Shown: positions 10,364 through 19,959 of the stretch, piece by piece | How positions within the stretch are numbered: the stretch's first letter is position 1 | Layout: each line of letters begins with the position of its first letter | Virus record (IMG/VR): IMGVR_UViG_3300033149_005152 | Span: 34,586-98,585 of that record | Direction: 5' to 3' (one strand) | DNA from: a virus | Length of the DNA: 64,000 nucleotides | The notes under the pieces: model-generated | The model's input: the letters and a program-made list of their open reading frames with translations, nothing else | Database searches by the model: none | Told to the model about the DNA's origin: nothing | Program-made: the position numbers and the translations under genes

Positions 10364-10753
10364 TTAATAATCAAAAATTTGAATTGCTTTTTCAACAGAA
10401 ATTGACCAAATATCAGCTAAATATTCTATTTCCTCTCTTACTTCTTTTTCACTTATTGGTTTAACGACAATGTAATTAGGATTTCCGATATATTTGAAAT
10501 AAATATCAAAACTATTTTTAGAGAGTAATTGTGAAGGATATAAATACTTCTTATAAATCTTATAATGGGCCTTTATATACTTTATTAAATCTATTTCTTT
10601 ATTATTTTTACGCTCGTAATCTTCTACTCTTTTAATCAACTTCTCGAATATTTCTAATCCTTTTTCCCTTTTCCTACCATACTTCCATCTGTTATAATTC
10701 AATTCCCCATACTCTAAAAAAAATCTGTGAAGAAAAACAGCATCTCTTTTCAT
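10364..10753 (-). CDS. hypothetical protein
   Basis: ORF, tight coupling to neighbours. Confidence 0.6.
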   Translation of the reverse strand: MKRDAVFLHRFFLEYGELNYNRWKYGRKREKGLEIFEKLIKRVEDYERKNNKEIDLIKYIKAHYKIYKKYLYPSQLLSKNSFDIYFKYIGNPNYIVVKPISEKEVREEIEYLADIWSISVEKAIQIFDY

Positions 10754-11172
10754 TATTTTTTATCTAACTGTTGCAATTCCATTAACAAACTCATTATTTC
10801 CATTGATTCATTATCATGATCAGATTTTTCTTCGAGTTTATTATGTAAATAATTCAATGCGGATGTCGGCAATGTTATAACTTGTTCATTTCTTAAAATT
10901 TTAGGAACCAAATAAATAGCTAACATCCAATTCTTATTTGGTAAAAATAAATTAATTAATAAAAATATACATAAAGCTATTATTGATTTCTTAATCAAAT
11001 TTTTAGCATTTGCCATATCCTTCTCTAACTTCCCACCGCAATTACTAAAAGCGGCTATCCAATAAACAATTGACACAATAATTGCAAATATCGAAAATAC
11101 AACAAAAAGACTATTCAATTGTTGTATCTGACCAAGAAAAAACCACAAATAAATCAACAATTCCATGATCAA
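10753..11172 (-). CDS. hypothetical membrane protein
   Basis: 2-3 hydrophobic segments. Confidence 0.6.
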   Translation of the reverse strand: MIMELLIYLWFFLGQIQQLNSLFVVFSIFAIIVSIVYWIAAFSNCGGKLEKDMANAKNLIKKSIIALCIFLLINLFLPNKNWMLAIYLVPKILRNEQVITLPTSALNYLHNKLEEKSDHDNESMEIMSLLMELQQLDKK

Positions 11173-12602
11173 TCCTCCATCAAATTAATCTTAAATCCTT
11201 CATTTTCATAAATTCTCAGTCTCTCTTCAGAATGTTTTTCACAATAATACTGTTGATGATCATAAAAGTCTATTACCTCAAGCTCATTATTATTCTCTTT
11301 CCTTCTCATTCCCCTACCTGGCCTCTGTATCGCTTTTATCTCTGATTTTTCTCCACCAGCCAAAACCAAACAATTAATTTTAGGAATGTCAATACCCTGG
11401 TCAAATATCGTTGTAGTAATAACAACTTTATTTTTACCCTGTCTAAAATCTTTCCTCACTTTGTTACGAAAATCCATATCATCTTGACCATGAATATATT
11501 CTACATCAATCCCTTTCTCCCATAATTTATTTTGTAATATTCTACCATGTTCCACTCTTAAACATAAAATCAAAATATGTTTTCCTTTTTTTAACCTATC
11601 AATTACCTTTTCCACAAGCAAATTATTTCTTACTTCATTTTCCACAATAGCAATATTATAAATTTCATGATAATCACCCTTTCTAGGTAATCCAACAGGC
11701 TCATGAACAGGAAACATATTAACAATTACACTTGATAAAATACCCTTTTTCATTAATTCTTCGGATGTTATTTTATCTAACAAACCTCCTACCCATCCCC
11801 TTAAATACCAATCACATATATCTTTTCTCTTAAAAGGAGTACCAGAAAAACCAAATCTATAATAAGCGTTTGGCATAAAACGCATTATTTTATAATAAGT
11901 AGCATCATTAAAAAAATGACATTCATCTATAATTACACAATTCACTTTATCTAAAAATTCAATTATTTTTTTATCTTTGTTTTTTAATAAAGATGCGAGA
12001 GTTTCCACCATACCAATCGAAACTTTCTTCTCCGTCTCCCTTCGAGACCCCGCTATAACTCCAGGAATAAACCCAAAATGATTAAATTCATCTTCAAATT
12101 GACTTAATAAATCTCTTTTATTGAGAAATATAACAGTATTTACATTAAAAGATCGTGCAATTAAAAAAATAGCCCCTGTCTTACCAGAACCAACCGGATA
12201 CTGAAAAACTCCCCTATTCCAATTCATATTCCTAAACTTCTTAGATTTAGCTATCTCCCACGCATTATATTGTATTCTTGCAATATTGTCATTAAATTTG
12301 TTACCAAAAATCCTTGATAATAAATCACACCAATCGTCAAAAGAAATCTCATTAAATTTATTATTTTGAAACTTCCTTCTATCCTCTAATTCAAACTCTA
12401 TGTTTTTCTTTCCCAAATAAGGAAGAAATCCAGTTGGAAATTTATTCCAATCAAAAAATCTTTTATATCCATCCCATCCGCACTTGTATGCATTTGTATA
12501 TGGAGCACTAGGAATAAAAAATGAGAGAGATTCATAAATTCGTTTTTTTTCTTTTAAAGTACCAATTACTTTAACATAATCGTTATTCACCAGCATTTTC
12601 AT
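11169..12602 (-). CDS. superfamily 2 DExH helicase (UvsW/Res-like)
   Basis: PVGSGKT, IIDECH, SGTP, GIDIP, QRPGRGMR. Likely start MKMLVN at 12602, downstream of the hairpin. Confidence 0.9.
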   Translation of the reverse strand: MKMLVNNDYVKVIGTLKEKKRIYESLSFFIPSAPYTNAYKCGWDGYKRFFDWNKFPTGFLPYLGKKNIEFELEDRRKFQNNKFNEISFDDWCDLLSRIFGNKFNDNIARIQYNAWEIAKSKKFRNMNWNRGVFQYPVGSGKTGAIFLIARSFNVNTVIFLNKRDLLSQFEDEFNHFGFIPGVIAGSRRETEKKVSIGMVETLASLLKNKDKKIIEFLDKVNCVIIDECHFFNDATYYKIMRFMPNAYYRFGFSGTPFKRKDICDWYLRGWVGGLLDKITSEELMKKGILSSVIVNMFPVHEPVGLPRKGDYHEIYNIAIVENEVRNNLLVEKVIDRLKKGKHILILCLRVEHGRILQNKLWEKGIDVEYIHGQDDMDFRNKVRKDFRQGKNKVVITTTIFDQGIDIPKINCLVLAGGEKSEIKAIQRPGRGMRRKENNNELEVIDFYDHQQYYCEKHSEERLRIYENEGFKINLMED

Positions 12603-12620
12603 TTCAATTACCCAAATAAT

Positions 12621-12648
12621 AGAGCGGGACAAAAACTTATCCCGCTCT
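12621..12648 (-). terminator. probable intrinsic terminator/attenuator hairpin
   Basis: 9-bp stem AGAGCGGGA / TCCCGCTCT just downstream of the 12665 gene. Confidence 0.65.
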
Positions 12649-12664
12649 TATTAATTTATTAAAT

Positions 12665-13486
12665 TTAATCAGAATCAACTTCCCGCATTTTTATTCCAGC
12701 AGCTAACAAACCCTTTTGCGTATAGGCAGCATTGAATTTTTTTCCAGCCTTCCCCGAAAATTTCAACTCAACCTTTTTTGGAGAAGGTTTCCTTACAACT
12801 TTCCCCTCTATTATCTCATCCTTATAATTCACATAAACAGAAGTATGTTTATCAAGCATATCAATTTCAGCTGGAACTAAATCATCAGGCTCATCCTCTT
12901 CATCAGGCTCATCTTCTTCATCAAGCTCATCTTCTTCATCAAGCTCATCTTCCTCATCAGGCTCATCTTCTTCATCAAGCTCATCTTCTTCATCAGGCTC
13001 ATCTTCATATTTAACTTCAATCCCAAATTCATTATAAGCTTCTTCGTCATAAGTTTCCACATCATCATCATCCCACTCAATAGTAACCACCCTTTTATTC
13101 CTCTTTCCTCCTCCCTCAACGGCCGTAACCACACCCATCTGTCCAGTATTTGGGTCTCTTACAATATCATCAACCTCCAATTCTGAAAAATCAGGGTGTT
13201 CAAAACTAATTCCCCCTTCATCAGTCTCATCTTCCCCATTATCCCCACCAAGATCAGCATTATAAACATCTTCTTCAATATCAAGATCAGGAGGCTCAAC
13301 ATTAGAAAGAACTTTAGCAAGACTTTTAAATGATTTTTCAGTTCTCTCCGATAATTTATCCACTAAATCAATTAATACAGTCAATGATTCCTGAATCGTC
13401 TCAAAAACACTTTTCTCAACATTCCTTTCTACATTTTTCATAATAGATTTTTTTTCAGCTACCTTAGGTCTGCCCCGTTTTGCCAT
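12665..13486 (-). CDS. acidic protein with N-terminal AT-hook-like KRGRPK and acidic hexapeptide repeats
   Basis: ORF with GGAG SD; EEDE(L/P)D repeats. Confidence 0.7.
   Translation of the reverse strand: MAKRGRPKVAEKKSIMKNVERNVEKSVFETIQESLTVLIDLVDKLSERTEKSFKSLAKVLSNVEPPDLDIEEDVYNADLGGDNGEDETDEGGISFEHPDFSELEVDDIVRDPNTGQMGVVTAVEGGGKRNKRVVTIEWDDDDVETYDEEAYNEFGIEVKYEDEPDEEDELDEEDEPDEEDELDEEDELDEEDEPDEEDEPDDLVPAEIDMLDKHTSVYVNYKDEIIEGKVVRKPSPKKVELKFSGKAGKKFNAAYTQKGLLAAGIKMREVDSD
12883..13007. repeat. 18-bp coding tandem repeat (~7 copies of TCATC(A/T)AGCTCATCTTCT-like unit)
   Basis: Visible tandem units encoding DEPDEE/DELDEE. Confidence 0.9.
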
Positions 13487-13543
13487 TATTTTTCTCCTTC
13501 TGTAAATTAAATTGGTGAAAATATAAAAACATCCAATACTATT

Positions 13544-13571
13544 ACTGTACCATATTTTTTCCCAATGTCAA
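13544..13571 (-). promoter_or_regulatory. sigma70/sigmaA-type promoter TTGACA-N16-TACAGT with extended -10 TG
   Basis: Reverse complement cTTGACAttgggaaaaaataTGgTACAGT, upstream of the replication operon. Confidence 0.6.
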
Positions 13572-13743
13572 GAACTATCTTACCTCCTCTCTCCAAACGT
13601 CAATATTATTAACTACTTATCAAACAACCCTACCTCTAACCGATAAAAATATCAAAAACGTTTCAAAGTTCATAAACATGCAAATTTAGCTCATATTTTA
13701 ATCATTAACGAGCTATTCCACAATAATCGTTATTTCCACATCC

Positions 13744-13771
13744 TTGACTTCTTGAAAAAGTATGTTATACT
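13744..13771 (+). promoter_or_regulatory. divergent/antisense promoter TTGACT-N16-TATACT with extended -10 TG
   Basis: cTTGACTtcttgaaaaagtaTGtTATACT on the plus strand. Confidence 0.5.
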
Positions 13772-13815
13772 ATAACTGGATGGTAGGGGGAGATAATATA
13801 TCTTCTTCGTTTTCT

Positions 13816-14058
13816 TTATTTAATTTTAAATTTTTCTTGTAATAACATATATTTTCTTTTTCCAAGTACAGCTAAATCATAAAATCCTAATTTATTAGCC
13901 AGATCAACAACACAATCATAGTCATACATATTACATAAACCACTTTTCCTTATATATTCGTATTGTTTTATAACATTATGCTTGTATTCCTCGTTTTCTT
14001 CAACCATATCAGTTACCATCTTTTTTTTCTTTACCCTTATCAAAATCGAAATCTTCAA
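13816..14058 (-). CDS. hypothetical protein (IRKSGLCNMYD motif, DUF5049-like)
   Basis: Motif resemblance only; true start probably internal (MVEENE). Confidence 0.55.
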   Translation of the reverse strand: MKISILIRVKKKKMVTDMVEENEEYKHNVIKQYEYIRKSGLCNMYDYDCVVDLANKLGFYDLAVLGKRKYMLLQEKFKIK

Positions 14059-14530
14059 ATGGATTTTTTTCTCCTTTAATTACATCCTCATTATATTTTC
14101 CAAACAATTCAAGAAACTCATTTAAAAACTCGTCTACTTCCACATCTTGCGATTCATCTTTTAACTCCCCCATAATTTTTTCTATGTTGTGTACTCCATT
14201 TTTTAATTCTTTCATAATTTCTGAATAACGACGTTTTATATCTAAAATAAATAAACGCTTAATAAATTTTACTTCTTCTACCATTTTATCACTATTCGTA
14301 ACTATTGAAAGATGTATTATACTATCTAAAAGAACTAATAGCAACATATCTCTATTAAAACAATAATTTATCATGAAAATACGAAAATAACGATTTTTAT
14401 CTTCCCTATTTTCAAGTTCTTCTGTTCTTATAGTCAATTCTTTGTTTTTATTTATTAAAGCAGTTTCAACTTCATTAAATCTTTCATTTATTTGATCTAT
14501 TACTTTTTGTAATTTATCCTCATCTATCAT
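14009..14530 (-). CDS. hypothetical protein
   Basis: ORF with GGAGG SD. Confidence 0.6.
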   Translation of the reverse strand: MIDEDKLQKVIDQINERFNEVETALINKNKELTIRTEELENREDKNRYFRIFMINYCFNRDMLLLVLLDSIIHLSIVTNSDKMVEEVKFIKRLFILDIKRRYSEIMKELKNGVHNIEKIMGELKDESQDVEVDEFLNEFLELFGKYNEDVIKGEKNPFEDFDFDKGKEKKDGN

Positions 14531-14678
14531 CTTTCCTCCATTTTTTTAATATTATCAAATTAATCTTACATTTTCGATAAGATAATCAAGAACTTCATAA
14601 AAAGTTTGGGTGTCATCATCATCAATTTGACAAATATCACAAATACCCTCAGCAATTTCTTTCATTACTTCATTTTCT

Positions 14679-14939
14679 TCATCTTGTTTTGTTATCATTA
14701 TTTTCTCCTTTATCTTTTTCTGATTTGATTCTTTCTATTTCTAATTCAACTTTTTCTATTCTCAAATCAAGAAAATCATTATCATTTCTTAATCCAACAA
14801 TACTTAACTCGTTTGCCATAATAGTACCTCTCCAACGATTATAAAACATTATAATTCTAAAAGTAGCATATACATCAGCTATTATAACCAAAATAAGTAT
14901 TATAACTACCCATTCCATTATTTTCTCCTTTTTATCCAC
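14679..14939 (-). CDS. hypothetical membrane-anchored coiled-coil protein
   Basis: N-terminal TM segment then coiled coil. Confidence 0.55.
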   Translation of the reverse strand: MDKKEKIMEWVVIILILVIIADVYATFRIIMFYNRWRGTIMANELSIVGLRNDNDFLDLRIEKVELEIERIKSEKDKGENNDNKTR

Positions 14940-15082
14940 AATAAGGATTGTCTAAAAGATTAAATCCAGAAATATCAATTGATATTTCCTTCAAAACCTC
15001 CGCAACTTTTTCATCCCACCAATCGCACCATATCTGATCTTTATCTATAATAATCATCATTTGTTCTCTTTTTTTGGTCATT

Positions 15083-15268
15083 TTAACTCCTTAATTTAAT
15101 GTTATCTACTAACTCGATATAATATTCCTCTTTTTTACGATGATCTAATTCATCCCCCATTTCTCTCAATATATCATCAATTCGATCATAACAACTACTA
15201 CCTTCAAAACCAAAACCCTCAATAGAAAAATCCCCGTTTTTATCAATAATTATTTCCCAACGTGCCAT
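15083..15268 (-). CDS. DUF2997-like small protein
   Basis: IIIDKNG...EGFGFEGSSC...LG......K.EYY pattern; co-occurs with DUF1257 and Ycf46-like AAA. Confidence 0.75.
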   Translation of the reverse strand: MARWEIIIDKNGDFSIEGFGFEGSSCYDRIDDILREMGDELDHRKKEEYYIELVDNIKLRS

Positions 15269-15558
15269 TATTTCATTCCTCCTATCCTTTGCTTATATTC
15301 CATTAAAGCTTCATATCTTTTTTTATCCCTAATTAATTCTTTATAGCTCCATATCCAAAACCTACAAATATCATGATCATATGTATTACAAATTTCATCA
15401 AACTTATATCCATTGTACCAGCTTAACTCATTTTCTGCATTCATTTTATAACATAAATCAATTAACTCAATTCTTCGCCTAAATACCCATTCATTTCTAT
15501 ACATCATATAAAAAGCGAAAAGAGTGGAAATACATATTAAAAATATAAATATAAACAT
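15268..15558 (-). CDS. hypothetical protein with N-terminal TM segment
   Basis: ORF. Confidence 0.55.
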   Translation of the reverse strand: MFIFIFLICISTLFAFYMMYRNEWVFRRRIELIDLCYKMNAENELSWYNGYKFDEICNTYDHDICRFWIWSYKELIRDKKRYEALMEYKQRIGGMK

Positions 15559-15569
15559 TTTGTCCCTCC

Positions 15570-15944
15570 TTATGCCATTACTTGTAATTTTATCCTACCA
15601 TTTTCAATTACTTCTGCATCAGAAAGTGATAATCCTTTTCTAAGAAATTTTTCAGTTAATTCCTCTTTTGTGTAGTTTTGTAAAATTTCTCTCTGTAAAT
15701 TTTCATTATAATAAGTATCATAAATCATCTCATAAGTTCCATCCGGCATTAATTTGAAACCAAATTCAAATTCATGATTAAAACGACTATTTCCTTTTAC
15801 TTTAATATCTACTTCTTTTGTTTCAGCATAACCTTTAATGGTTAATCCTTCTCCTATTTCAAATTGTAATCCTAAATCTTCCATTACTTTTGAGAGAGTG
15901 CTCAAATTACTTATTCTTGTTTTTGTTAATGTATAATGACTCAT
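15570..15944 (-). CDS. DUF1257/Ycf35-like protein
   Basis: MSHYT...T.I..L..L..LG...GF....DGTY....D...Q.Y...G.......G.I.L pattern. Confidence 0.8.
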   Translation of the reverse strand: MSHYTLTKTRISNLSTLSKVMEDLGLQFEIGEGLTIKGYAETKEVDIKVKGNSRFNHEFEFGFKLMPDGTYEMIYDTYYNENLQREILQNYTKEELTEKFLRKGLSLSDAEVIENGRIKLQVMA

Positions 15945-16129
15945 TTTTTATCTCCTTATTTAAAAGTATATCTTATTTTTACAAAAACGCTAGTAACTAT
16001 CCAACAAAATAATACTAAAAGAAAATTTATGTAAACATTATTATTAAAATAATCACTTATTATTCCATCTCCTACTATAATCCACATAATTGCTATTATC
16101 CAAGCTTTCCAGAAAGGCATTTTAATCTC

Positions 16130-16429
16130 CTATATACCTAAAGAATGAAGTATTCGTAAAACATCAAGTACTTGAGAATCTGGTTGACCTTCTTTATCAC
16201 ATCCACAATAAGCACACATTTTATTCTTTTTAGAATGAACAAAATTATAATCTTCACATTCACAATTCCAAAATAATCCAGTTGTAAAAAATGTAAAACC
16301 ATGTGAATCTATATGTTCTTCTATTTTTAATTCCTTTTTTAATTTATTATATTCATCATCTTCCGATTTTAAACCATAACTACTAAATCTAGTAAACTTC
16401 TTTTTTAATTCTTCATACTTCATTTCCAA
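16130..16429 (-). CDS. hypothetical Cys-rich (Zn-binding) protein
   Basis: WNCECE...H...CAYCGC...QPDS. Confidence 0.6.
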   Translation of the reverse strand: MEMKYEELKKKFTRFSSYGLKSEDDEYNKLKKELKIEEHIDSHGFTFFTTGLFWNCECEDYNFVHSKKNKMCAYCGCDKEGQPDSQVLDVLRILHSLGI

Positions 16430-16434
16430 TCTCC

Positions 16435-16674
16435 TTATTCAGTTATATACCAACACCGTTGAATGACAAAACCACATTCACCATAAACTTCCTCATATCT
16501 TAATTTACCTTTACTCACCAAGGTAAATAATCTATCTCGTAAATAAGTTTCATAGGCCTGGCGATCCCCACGTAATTGAGCAAGTTGATGAGTATTACAA
16601 CCTTGATTATTCTTCACCAGTTGTAGCAATTCCTTTTGACGCTTTTTACTATTGTTATGACGAAAATACGGCAT
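16435..16674 (-). CDS. small winged-helix-like protein
   Basis: Helix-turn-helix plus wing pattern (L.TLVSKGKL...WY). Confidence 0.5.
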   Translation of the reverse strand: MPYFRHNNSKKRQKELLQLVKNNQGCNTHQLAQLRGDRQAYETYLRDRLFTLVSKGKLRYEEVYGECGFVIQRCWYITE

Positions 16675-16686
16675 TCTATCCTCCTT

Positions 16687-17640
16687 TTAATCAAATTCTA
16701 TTTTCCTTTTAAATTGTCCTGTAATTTTAGAAATATCACTTACAGTCTCTGCCTTTTCTCTTATTCTTGACAATATTTCAGCTAATTCACTTCTTGTTCC
16801 CTCATTTTTTTTATAATCATAAGAATCTACATTCTTCAAATGTCCCTTTAATTCTTCAAGTTGTTTCTCAACTGTCTCATCACCTACAAAATTCAAACTT
16901 TTAAAATACTCAATAAAATTTTCCATGGTACTAATGTTTTTGTTAGAAATTAATTCATTGTTATCTAATTTCTTTTTAAGCATATCACACAATTCAGTTG
17001 TTTGCAAACGCAATTCAGCGACTATATCATCAATAAATTCATCAATAAGGATTTTAGATTTTTCCCGATATATCTCTGCTAATTTTTCATTTTCTGCCTG
17101 CGCCTCTAACGCTTCATTATCAGTTACAAATACTCCATCATTATTGGATATAGCAAATAGAATCCAGTCAAAAGAAAATTTAGTTCTTATCCTCTTTGCT
17201 ATTGGATATAACGATCTTATTTTATCCACAATACTTATTCCAGACTTTTTCTCCCATTCCATATATTCCTTTATCATTTCCTCCTGTATTTCTCTATACT
17301 CATCAATAAATTCTTCTACACATTGATAAAATTCAGATTTTAATTCTTCCAACTTAGAAAGTAAATCAGGCAAATTCTTCTTAGGGATAAAATAGTGTTT
17401 TCCTATAGGAAACTGGAAACCATGTTCAGATACACATAATCTTGTCCTCGTATCAATAGAATTAAATTTCCCTACTAGTCCTTTAGGAATAAGACGTTTT
17501 CTACCTAAAGAATAAAATTCAGGAGCTTCATCTAAACCTAAATCTTCTTTATCTAATCTTACCTTTCCTTCCCATTTGGAGATATTAACATCAATCAATA
17601 CTCCTTCCGTAAATAATTTCCCAAAATTTAATTTTTCCAT
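16687..17640 (-). CDS. DUF3150-like helical protein
   Basis: IDVNISKWEG...SLGRKRLIPK...F....HYFIP...F..EY...YP....KFSF pattern; adjacent to the AAA ATPase. Confidence 0.6.
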   Translation of the reverse strand: MEKLNFGKLFTEGVLIDVNISKWEGKVRLDKEDLGLDEAPEFYSLGRKRLIPKGLVGKFNSIDTRTRLCVSEHGFQFPIGKHYFIPKKNLPDLLSKLEELKSEFYQCVEEFIDEYREIQEEMIKEYMEWEKKSGISIVDKIRSLYPIAKRIRTKFSFDWILFAISNNDGVFVTDNEALEAQAENEKLAEIYREKSKILIDEFIDDIVAELRLQTTELCDMLKKKLDNNELISNKNISTMENFIEYFKSLNFVGDETVEKQLEELKGHLKNVDSYDYKKNEGTRSELAEILSRIREKAETVSDISKITGQFKRKIEFD

Positions 17641-17721
17641 TATTTACTCCTAGTCGTTCATTTTTAATAATAAATAATTCCTCTATAAGCATCAAATTTT
17701 CTTTTTATAATTAAATCCCCC

Positions 17722-19281
17722 TTAAAGTTCTATTTTTCTCCCTGATTTTTCTTTCTTTACTTCCTCAACAACATTAGCCGAAACTGCAATACCATCCAAT
17801 CTTTTACGCATGTGATCTAAATCATTTCTCATCGCAATAGATATTGGTTTTATATTCTCATAAGCATCTGCTATAAATTCAGTATTAACTTCCTTTCCCC
17901 TATCAAAAGCCTCGAACATAGCTTGTATAATACCTTGCTCAATTTCGGCACCTACAAAGTTATTAGATAAACCAGCTAACAATTTTAAATCAAAATCCTT
18001 TGGATTTCTATTCCTTTTTCTAATATGAATAGAAATAATCTCCATTCGCCCCTTATATCCTGGCAAATCCGCCCAAAATATCTCATCGAATCTACCTTTT
18101 CGTAAAAAATGTGGTGGTAATCCTTTAATATCATTTGCAGTAGCCACCCATATAATAGGATCAGTAGATTCTTGCATAAAAGTTAAAAACATTCCTATGA
18201 TCCGAGCAGTAGTTCCAGAATCGCTTCTACCCGATGATTCAACCCCCTGAAAGGCCTTATCAAACTCATCAGCGAATATAACAACAGGAGCTATAGCTTT
18301 AGCTAGTTCAAAAAACCGTTTTGTTTTTCCTTCAGATTCTCCATAAATTCCCGTAACAATATCGGCCATAGTAAATTTTAATAAAGGCATACCAAATTCA
18401 TTTGATATAGCCTTCCCTATAAGAGATTTTCCTGTACCAGCAATTCCTACAATAAGAATGCCTTTTGGGAAGGGCAAACCATAATCTCTTGCCTCTTTAG
18501 ACAAAATACTCTTTCTTTTTTTACACCAATTTTTAATATTTACTAAATCTCCTACGTCCGACATTTTCTCGTCAGTAGCATAATAATCTACACCAGACTT
18601 CTTTAAAGACTTTATTTTTTCCTCTTGAACCATTTGAATACCTTTTTCTTCAAACCCTTTTTTACCTTCTCTTGATATTATATACGAAAGAGTATTTTCC
18701 ATTTCTTCAGTAGTCAAACCTATTCCCGCATAAGACATCTTTTCCTTAACTTCATCAGTTATTTTTATTTTTGCATCTTCACCTCCACCTTTTTCGGCAA
18801 TAATTGTATTAGCACTTTCTATTACGTATTCTACTCTTTCTTTTAAATCATCTCTTGAAGGAAGAGCATATTCAAGTAATACAATTTGTTTTTCTAATTC
18901 TTCTGGTATTTTTACAACGGATGACACAATTATTATACTTCTTTTTGTTGCTTTCAAGATATAAGATACATCTTTAAATTCTCTAGTTAAAATATTGTCC
19001 TTTTCTAAATAAGGATGAAAATCCAATAGGACAAATATAGCTTTTCCATCATTTAATTCTTTTTTTTCTAAAATTTCCTTAATTATTCCCTTAGGATTAC
19101 CGATAGAACTTTTTTTCTCATCATCCCATCCATCAGTAATTTTCCAAATAAAGATTTCTCTTTGTAGTTCTTCTGCTATGGCTTTGATCTCAGCTATTAC
19201 TTTACTTTCTTCCCATGTTCGCACCCACAAAAAAGGAAAGGAAGCCTTTATATATCCCTTCAAATTATCATAAAATCCCAT
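17722..19281 (-). CDS. Ycf46-like AAA+ ATPase
   Basis: N-terminal T.EE...LDFHPYL domain, GIAGTGKS, IFADEFDKAF, ATAN, LRKGRFDEIFWADLP, F.GAEIEQ. Confidence 0.9.
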   Translation of the reverse strand: MGFYDNLKGYIKASFPFLWVRTWEESKVIAEIKAIAEELQREIFIWKITDGWDDEKKSSIGNPKGIIKEILEKKELNDGKAIFVLLDFHPYLEKDNILTREFKDVSYILKATKRSIIIVSSVVKIPEELEKQIVLLEYALPSRDDLKERVEYVIESANTIIAEKGGGEDAKIKITDEVKEKMSYAGIGLTTEEMENTLSYIISREGKKGFEEKGIQMVQEEKIKSLKKSGVDYYATDEKMSDVGDLVNIKNWCKKRKSILSKEARDYGLPFPKGILIVGIAGTGKSLIGKAISNEFGMPLLKFTMADIVTGIYGESEGKTKRFFELAKAIAPVVIFADEFDKAFQGVESSGRSDSGTTARIIGMFLTFMQESTDPIIWVATANDIKGLPPHFLRKGRFDEIFWADLPGYKGRMEIISIHIRKRNRNPKDFDLKLLAGLSNNFVGAEIEQGIIQAMFEAFDRGKEVNTEFIADAYENIKPISIAMRNDLDHMRKRLDGIAVSANVVEEVKKEKSGRKIEL

Positions 19282-19340
19282 TGATCAATTTCCTCCTTGT
19301 ACTTCTCCATTATTTTCCATCATTCGCCTCCTCATTAAAT

Positions 19341-19368
19341 ATTATACTATCTCTAAAAATTTTGTCAA
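19341..19368 (-). promoter_or_regulatory. consensus promoter TTGACA-N16-TATAAT upstream of the AAA ATPase operon
   Basis: Exact -35 and -10 hexamers on the minus strand. Confidence 0.75.
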
Positions 19369-19377
19369 GAAAAATCT

Positions 19378-19716
19378 CTAGCTGAACCTTATGTTCTTAG
19401 AAATATTAATTTTTCCTATCTTTTCCAATTCAACTTCTGTCAAAAATCTTTTCGCCTGTGTAATTGAAACGGAAACTGAAGCAAGTAATTTATCATGAGT
19501 AATGATAGGATGTTTATCGTACAAATAAGGATCAATTGTCAACCTCTTTGTTTCAATTAACTTACAAGTACCAAAATGCTTACTTTGTTTTTCTTCAATT
19601 CCCATTTTCTCCATTTTAGAAATCAAACGTTTAGACAATTCTTTATCTTTTTTATCTAAAAGATTTTTTTCATTTCTAATATCTTTTAATTGTTTCATCA
19701 TATCTAACAAATTCAT
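19378..19716 (-). CDS. hypothetical protein
   Basis: ORF with AGGAGG SD. Confidence 0.6.
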   Translation of the reverse strand: MNLLDMMKQLKDIRNEKNLLDKKDKELSKRLISKMEKMGIEEKQSKHFGTCKLIETKRLTIDPYLYDKHPIITHDKLLASVSVSITQAKRFLTEVELEKIGKINISKNIRFS

Positions 19717-19738
19717 CTTTTAATCCTCCTTATAATAT

Positions 19739-19948
19739 TTACCCCCTGTTATAAATTGCTTCTATTAAGCTAAAATCACACTCAAAAACTTTATCGTACT
19801 CTCCATCATTTTTAAAATCAGAACGATCACATATATACATATTAACTCCTCTATTAGGATACATAGACATGGCAAAAACATCATCATCAATTATTACCGT
19901 ATATCTATCACATGTCTTTCCACCGTTATCATAAATTTCTACTTTCAT
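19739..19948 (-). CDS. hypothetical phage protein (YDNGGKT.DRYTV motif)
   Basis: Motif recurrent in phage early regions; SD present. Confidence 0.6.
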   Translation of the reverse strand: MKVEIYDNGGKTCDRYTVIIDDDVFAMSMYPNRGVNMYICDRSDFKNDGEYDKVFECDFSLIEAIYNRG

Positions 19949-19959
19949 TTTTAGTTCTC

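Noticed and set aside
12778-13134. Repetitive ORFs 12778-13014 (+) and 12877-13134 (-), and the 18-bp repeat as a possible CRISPR array
   Set aside because: They are alternative frames of a coding tandem repeat. There are no unique spacers and no cas genes.
13713-13740. TTCCACA pair as DnaA boxes
   Set aside because: Two or more mismatches to TTATCCACA and only two copies; too weak in AT-rich DNA.
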